Shown piece after piece: positions 20,915 to 24,533 of a stretch of 24,533 bases of DNA; within the stretch, counting starts at the first letter, position 1; each line of letters starts with the position of its first letter. Under the pieces are notes generated by a model. The model did no database searches. It was not told the DNA's origin and saw only the letters and a program-made list of their open reading frames with translations. The DNA lies in assembly GCA_013265495.1 (NCBI GenBank), contig MU057378.1, positions 124,001 through 148,533 of the forward strand, read 5' to 3'. Origin of the DNA: Vicugna vicugna. Taxonomy: Eukaryota. A program made the translations under genes and the position numbers.

Positions 20915-22002
20915 TCTTTTCTGCCTCCTTTCCAAATATTGCCATTCTTCAGGGTTCAGCCCAAGGACATTTCTTCTGTCTCCTGAAAAGTAAAGGTACA
21001 TAAAATGCCACAGAACCCCACATTTATGCCTCCAGATTCACATACCCAGCTGTCAACTTGAGATCCCTACTTGTCATGTGCACACTCAACTCAACATGCT
21101 AAAGCAGAACTCTTAATTTGCCGACAAATTACCTCCCAGGCATCTCCATCTACACAGGTCTTCAAGCCTGAAACCAACTGGAATGTGGTCCACAATTCCT
21201 CTCTCTCTCTTTTAACCTCCATCCATGTTCAATCAACAGCAAGTCCCCCCGAGGCCACCTTGAAATGTGTCTTGAACACATGCCCCTGATGTCAAATGCC
21301 ACCAACCTAGTACCAGCACCTCTACCTTTCTTCTGAAATACTGCAACAGCTCCTTTTCTCAGTTTTTTTCCTTCCAATCTATTTTTCTGGCTGGCCAAAA
21401 AAAATCATCCAGGGAGATCATACTTAACAATCACAACCACAAGCTCACATCTTGCCGCCTACTTCTGCAACACCACCTAGTACCACTCTCTTCACTTGTG
21501 AACTATAATCACATGGAACTTCCACTCCCTGGAGCAAATCATGGTCTTTCCTGTTTGGGGAGCGCCACCATTATCATTGTAAATCATAAATATTTAACAG
21601 CTCCCAGAGCGGAGGCAGCCTGTAAAGTGGAAAGAGCAGAAGAGTGTATTAGTTACCTATTGCTGTGTAACAAATTTCCCCAATTTCATTCTGTCTGAAA
21701 TGAGCCCTCACCCCTGTCTCACTCACCAGGTTCTTTTACCTGATTAGTTTCTTATTATCTTATACATTTTAAATCAAACATCATCTAATTTCCTGACCAG
21801 CTCTCATGGCTCTTAATCTCTCTTTTTATAAGTTCTTCACAGTTTATTACTATAAATGTATTTACCTGTCTATTGCACCCCCTACTAGACTGTAAACTCC
21901 GTAAGCAAACTACCATATCACCTTTAGTCTTCATCCCAAACCCAGTGTCTAGAACAGTGCTCTGAACACATTAAGCCCTTATTAATATTTGTTGAATTAA
22001 CA
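20915..22002 (+). mobile_element. L2 3' portion, with a small MLT1 terminal fragment at about 21645-21683
   Basis: ctcaactcaacatgctaaagcagaactctt, tactgcaacagctcct, ccctactagactgtaaactcc..gtgtctagaacagtg..aatatttgttgaattaa; insert tgtattagttacctattgctgtgtaacaaatt. Confidence 0.82.
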
Positions 22003-22152
22003 ATCATGAGAAGACTATATGAGATTCATAGAATCAAAAAGTTATTCTGCTTAAGAACTACAGAATCAAAAGACTTTTATAAGAAAGCTACTCATTTTTT
22101 GCAAAAGGTAGGTATGTTATCAGTATGCCTTGCATTTAAGAAATTTATTAAA

Positions 22153-23195
22153 CAAATAAAAAATAAAATGACCCAATCCAAAAATGGGCAGAAGAGCTAA
22201 ACAAGCAATTCTCGAATGAAGACATGCAAATAGCCAATAGGCACATGAAAAAATGCTCAATATCTCTAATTACCAGAGAAATGCAAATCAAAACCACAAT
22301 GAGATATCACCTCACACCAGTCAGAATGGCCGTCATTCAAAAATCCACAAAGAATAAATGCTGGAGAGGGTGTGGAGAAAAGGGAACCCTCTGACACTGT
22401 TGGTGGGAATATAGTTTGGTGCAGCCATTATGGAGAATAGTATGGAGATTCCTTAAAAAACTAAAACTAGACTTACTATATGATCCAGTAACCCCACTCC
22501 TGGCCATATAGCCAGAGGGAACTCTAATTTGAAAAGATACATGCACCCCAATGTTTATAGCAACACTATTCACAATAGCTAAAACGTGGAAACCTAAATG
22601 TCCACTGACAGATGACCGGATAAAGAAGTTATGGTATATTTATACAATGGAATATTACTTGGCCATTAAAAAGAATAAAATAATGCCATTTGCAGCAACA
22701 TGGATGGACCTGAGATTGTCATTCTAAATGAAGTCAGCCAGAAAGAGAAAGGAAAATATCATCACTTATATGATGTCACTCATATGTGAAATCTATGAAA
22801 GAAAGAGAGAGGGAAAGAAAGAAAAGAAAGAAAGAGAGAAAGAGAGAAAGAAGGAAGGAAGGAAGAAAGAAAAGGACTCTAATGAACTCATCTACAAAAC
22901 AGAAACAGACTTGCAGACATAGTAAACAATCATAGTCATGGGTGAGGTGGGCAGGGGGAACGGGTGGGAAGGGATAAATCTGGGGACTTGAGATTTCCAG
23001 ATGATAGCTACTGTATATAAAAACAGTTTGGGAAAACAAATTTCCTCTGTATAGCACAGAGAACTAAATTCAATATTTTGTAATAACCTTTACTTGAAAA
23101 AGAAAAGGAAAATGAATCTGTGTATGTATATGCATGACTGGGACATGATGCTGTACACCAGAAACTGACACATTGTAACTGACTATAAAAAACAA
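22153..23195 (+). mobile_element. Camelid-lineage L1, 5'-truncated (about 1 kb; ORF2 C-terminal Cys-rich domain plus 3'UTR)
   Basis: Translates [81 protein letters not shown] aagaaatttattaaa (22138-22152) / aaaaagtttattaaa (23196-23210). Confidence 0.96.
22797..22876. repeat. Polypurine (GAAA/GA/GGAA) simple repeat inside the L1 3'UTR
   Basis: About 80 bp of only A and G. Confidence 0.9.
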
Positions 23196-23861
23196 AAAAA
23201 GTTTATTAAATACAGTAGTCCAAAACTACAACAGTCCCAGCTCCTCCAGCCACATACTTGTGTGTGTGTGGCAGGGGGGGTGATATAAGGTTATGTTTCT
23301 TTCTTAAAAGTCCTTTTCTGCTCTTCTAATTCCTGTATCCAGCACCTTCTGATTCAGATCAACTAAGATCTGTCCCCTCAAAATGCTCTTGATTCCTCCT
23401 AGACTATTTGACCTTAAAAGACCACCTATCAGAAGCCTAGAAATGCCAGCGTCTCCCCAGAAGCAAAGGCTTATCTCATCTCCTTGCCCACAAAACTAAA
23501 TGATAAATGAAAGACACTTGAAGGGGTGGGGGTGGGGGACTATCAGAAGTCTTACTTGTAAAGCAGAATTGAAGTTGGGGAAAAAAAGCAGAAATGAGAC
23601 GCGTTATATGGGCACCAGGAGCCCAGGGGAATCCTGCCAAAAAGTCGGAATAGCTTCTCAAGGGTAACCATTTTCAATCTATTTTATTTCTTTTTATTAC
23701 TCTTCCCAGGTAACACGAAACTTCAACTGATGTGAACCCTTTTAACCAAGGCAGCTTGTAATACGGTCTATTTATATTCTTATTTGATTTGATTCAATTA
23801 TTCTCCTATAATTCTCCTGGTATTAAAAGACCTTTTGATGGCTGTTCAGTTTTCCATTTGT

Positions 23862-24281
23862 AAAGTCATTAACCTCCCTTCCCTGCCGGAGGTGAGGGGA
23901 AGGCTCGGTGAGTGACAGCCTTGTTTACAGACAGCAGGAATGGACTTGGCAGGGGTGCCGAAGTGTCAAACGAGAAAGCCTGAAGGACGCTATAGAAAAG
24001 TGTCACCAAACGGGGAAGCGANNNNNNNNNNNNNNNNNNNNNNNNNNNNNNNNNNNNNNNNNNNNNNNNNNNNNNNNNNNNNNNNNNNNNNNNNNNNNNN
24101 NNNNNNNNNNNNNNNNNNNNNAAAGTCATTAACCTCCCTTCCCTGCCGGAGGTGAGGGGAAGGCTCGGTGAGTGACAGCCTTGTTTACAGACAGCAGGAA
24201 TTGACTTGGCAGGGGTGCCGAAGTGTCAAACGAGAAAGCCTGAAGGACGCTATAGAAAAGTGTCACCAAACGGGGAAGCGA
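23862..24281. other. 100-N assembly gap (24022-24121) flanked by a 160-bp direct repeat
   Basis: 23862-24021 equals 24122-24281 except G23942 vs T24202. Confidence 0.97.
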
Positions 24282-24533
24282 CGTCGCACTAACTAGACGG
24301 CTTCCTTGTCGTCCACTAATAGAATTCCCTGACATGCACTCTTGAGAGAGAAAGGTTTGCTAAAAGGGAGCGGGGCTTGGGTAATTTCCCTTTGTACTTT
24401 CATATGACTTTCATGGTCTTCAAACTCTCAAAAGCATAGAGATTGCCTTAAAAAGGCAAATAAGGAGAAGAAAAATTTTAAAGGCTGTATTATTTTGAAT
24501 TAAATCACAGGGCCCTTTTGAGAATGATAGTAT

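Noticed and set aside
1..24533. CRISPR array, operon or prokaryotic defence system
   Set aside because: The sequence is mammalian and repeat-rich, with no regularly spaced repeat-spacer units or gene-dense ORFs.

Overview
Mammalian non-coding DNA, very probably camelid (alpaca/llama/camel), judged from three tRNA-derived SINEs of the camelid type and camelid-style L1 3' ends. No host protein-coding gene is recognisable. The only ORF-track entries with real protein homology are decayed L1 pieces: ORF1p at 3678-4333 and ORF2 RT and C-terminal remnants. About half the window is interspersed repeat (L1 of several ages, L2, MIR, MaLR and ERVL LTRs, hAT elements), often nested. Repeat family names come from recalled consensus sequences, not a search. 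Most notable observations: (1) a 692-bp tandem duplication whose divergence jumps from about 2% to about 9% exactly at the 3' TSD of its SINE, ending in a G-quadruplex motif; (2) an old L1 whose middle is replaced by an L1 5'UTR/ORF1 block plus about 530 bp of unexplained, CpG-retaining sequence; (3) a compact NF-kB/ETS/CRE motif cluster; (4) hairpins that look like template-switch products; (5) a probable assembly artefact around a 100-N gap. I found no convincing new multi-gene system.
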